Shown: piece after piece, positions 62,504 through 64,000 of the stretch
How the letters are laid out: every line of letters starts with the position of its first letter
Numbering within the stretch: position 1 is the first letter of the stretch
IMG/VR virus record: IMGVR_UViG_3300035499_000522
Location: 72,731 to 136,730 of that record
Length of the DNA: 64,000 bases
Direction: 5' to 3' (one strand)
From: a virus
Taxonomy: Duplodnaviria; Caudoviricetes
Notes under the pieces: generated by a model
Told to the model about the DNA's origin: nothing
Seen by the model: only the letters and a program-made list of their open reading frames with translations
Databases searched by the model: none
Made by a program: the position numbers and the translations under genes

Positions 62504-62812
62504 ATGATGATTATGTTTAAAATCACAAGCACAAAGAACGGCGTTGTAAATGCTGAGGCTTCATATTCTAACCTTAAGGATGCGGTTGAATTGTTTGTTA
62601 ATGAACTTTACGATGCTGATTTTTGTAAGGTATACAATTACTTGACAGGAAAAAGACTTGACAATAATAAAATGGATATGATAGATGAAAGTGATGAACT
62701 TGTGGACGAATTAATTGAACGTTTAACAGAAGAAGAGGAATGGGAAATTTATGGCGGTGATGTTCTCATAGACAGCAAAAATAATTGGTGGATTGAAATG
62801 ACAATAGAATGA
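62504..62812 (+). CDS. acidic hypothetical early protein
   Basis: GAGG SD; followed by a GGCGG / CCGCC hairpin. Confidence 0.7.
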   Translation: MMIMFKITSTKNGVVNAEASYSNLKDAVELFVNELYDADFCKVYNYLTGKRLDNNKMDMIDESDELVDELIERLTEEEEWEIYGGDVLIDSKNNWWIEMTIE

Positions 62813-62849
62813 GAATGTGGGCGGAAATGAAAAATCCGCCCTTGCTTTT

Positions 62850-62865
62850 TGTTCCACGTGGAACA
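62850..62865. promoter_or_regulatory. parS site (ParB/Spo0J binding)
   Basis: Perfect palindrome TGTTCCACGTGGAACA; one mismatch to Firmicutes parS TGTTNCACGTGAAACA. Confidence 0.8.
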
Positions 62866-63109
62866 TTTTCCAAATTCTTCCAATTGACAAAAATACCAAA
62901 AATTTCCAGTGCGGTTGACGCACTCCGAAGCCGCACTTTAGCACTTTAAAGCGTTAAAATCTTTTTGGAAAAATTTCCCATACAACAAATGTGCTATTCC
63001 CAAAATTTTCCAGCACGATGGGCGTAGCCCGAAATTTCCAATATTTACCAGTTTTACCAAAAAATTTACAGAAAAAACTGCACACTGTTTAAGTGTGCAG
63101 TTCCTGAAA

Positions 63110-63125
63110 TGTTCCACGTGGAACA
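63110..63125. promoter_or_regulatory. second parS site
   Basis: Identical TGTTCCACGTGGAACA 260 bp downstream. Confidence 0.8.
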
Positions 63126-63293
63126 TTAAACTATTGTTAAGTCAATTTCAACATCTTTTGCGGTTCTCTCGAAACCTTCCAAAATGTCATCTTTGTGAGT
63201 AGCTTTCTTTCTGTTAAATTCTTCCAGCGTCTCACATTCATCTATCTGCAAAAGTCCTCTTTCGTCCCTGTAAATAATTGCATAAATTTTCAT
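63126..63293 (-). CDS. small hypothetical protein (55 aa)
   Basis: GAAGGA SD; promoter TTGCAA-17-TATAAT at 63399-63371; terminator AACTGCACAC / GTGTGCAGTT at ~63072-63102. Confidence 0.65.
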   Translation of the reverse strand: MKIYAIIYRDERGLLQIDECETLEEFNRKKATHKDDILEGFERTAKDVEIDLTIV

Positions 63294-63739
63294 AATTACC
63301 ATTTCCTTCCAAATTTTAATTTTTCCACTTTTTAGGAATTCTGCATTTCTGCATTATTTCCACTGTTATCATTATATCACATTACAATATATTTTGCAAG
63401 GCTTTTTTCAAGAGTTTACAAAAAGTTCACAAATTAATTTTTTCGTCGGCTCTCACGCTAACTTTGTTAAATTTTTATCAATCTCAGCAGTTAGCTTGCC
63501 CTAACTGCTAATTACCAAAATTTTCCAAACTTCCGACAGAACCAAATTTCCAATTTTTTCCATTTAGCAGTTAGCTTATTCTAACTGCTAATTTTGGAAA
63601 TCGCTGGAAGTGACCCCGAAGTAGCGAATTAATTATGAACAAATCAATATTTTTTTGTGAATTTTTTGTAAACAATTTGTGAACAAAAGTCCCGTTATTA
63701 TGCACAATAATAGAACAAACATTTTGTACATTTTGCATA

Positions 63740-63768
63740 TTGACATTTTGCTGATTATGCGGTATAAT
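63740..63768 (+). promoter_or_regulatory. sigmaA-type promoter with no substantial ORF downstream
   Basis: TTGACA-17-TATAAT. Confidence 0.65.
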
Positions 63769-64000
63769 ATAATAAAATATGAATAGTATGCAGTTGGGAA
63801 TGAATGGTAATGGAAAAGTCTTCCATGACTGTAAGTTTTTGGTATTCCCTGTCGAATGGTAATTTTTACCAATTCTGTCAGCTTTTGGGACTTCCAGTTC
63901 TTACCATTTCTTCCAAAAGCTGTGACTGCCAATATATAGCAGAAATGGCAAGAACTGTATATGGGTTCATATGGCAGAACTTCCAAGAGCTGGAAGTGGC

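Noticed and set aside
60873-62953. CIRCE/HrcA operator
   Set aside because: Half-site-like AGTGCTAA / TTAGCACT are present but never as TTAGCACTC-N9-GAGTGCTAA.
61599-63986. Minus-strand ORFs 61599-61880, 61679-62047, 61942-62235, 62723-62944, 62938-63126, 63633-63986
   Set aside because: They are antisense to SD-led genes or run through palindrome and promoter DNA; no SD; implausible composition.

Overview
A 64 kb piece of an AT-rich (about 28-30% GC by eye) tailed dsDNA phage, probably siphovirus-like. Its sigmaA-type promoters, Shine-Dalgarno sites, parS/Rex/LexA-like boxes and anaerobic RNR suggest an anaerobic Firmicutes (Clostridia-type) host. The supplied ORF track is fragmented because the phage reads TAG as Gln (translation table 15). 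With that code the fragments join into long intact genes. Layout: (i) 1-14.7 kb, + strand replication/nucleotide module (RecJ, SF1 helicase, DnaE-type Pol III alpha split by a group I intron carrying a GIY-YIG endonuclease, guanylate kinase, NrdD/NrdG, dUTPase, RuvC-like resolvase). (ii) 14.8-58.8 kb, - strand late module (regulator, terminase subunits, portal, protease/scaffold, capsid, neck, tail tube, a ~3,600 aa tape measure, tail tip proteins, a holin-like gene and a five-gene Gln/Cys/Gly-rich cassette), with three more group I introns in terminase, tail tube and tape measure. (iii) 58.9-64 kb, small early-type genes separated by non-coding DNA packed with several families of operator-like palindromes (two parS sites, Rex-, LexA-, DtxR/MntR-, GntR- and OmpR-like boxes, and an unknown box). 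The best candidates for an undescribed system are this operator/parS array (possible host transcription-factor decoy plus spore-partitioning element) and the five-gene cassette. All coordinates and translations were derived by hand; no database searches were run.
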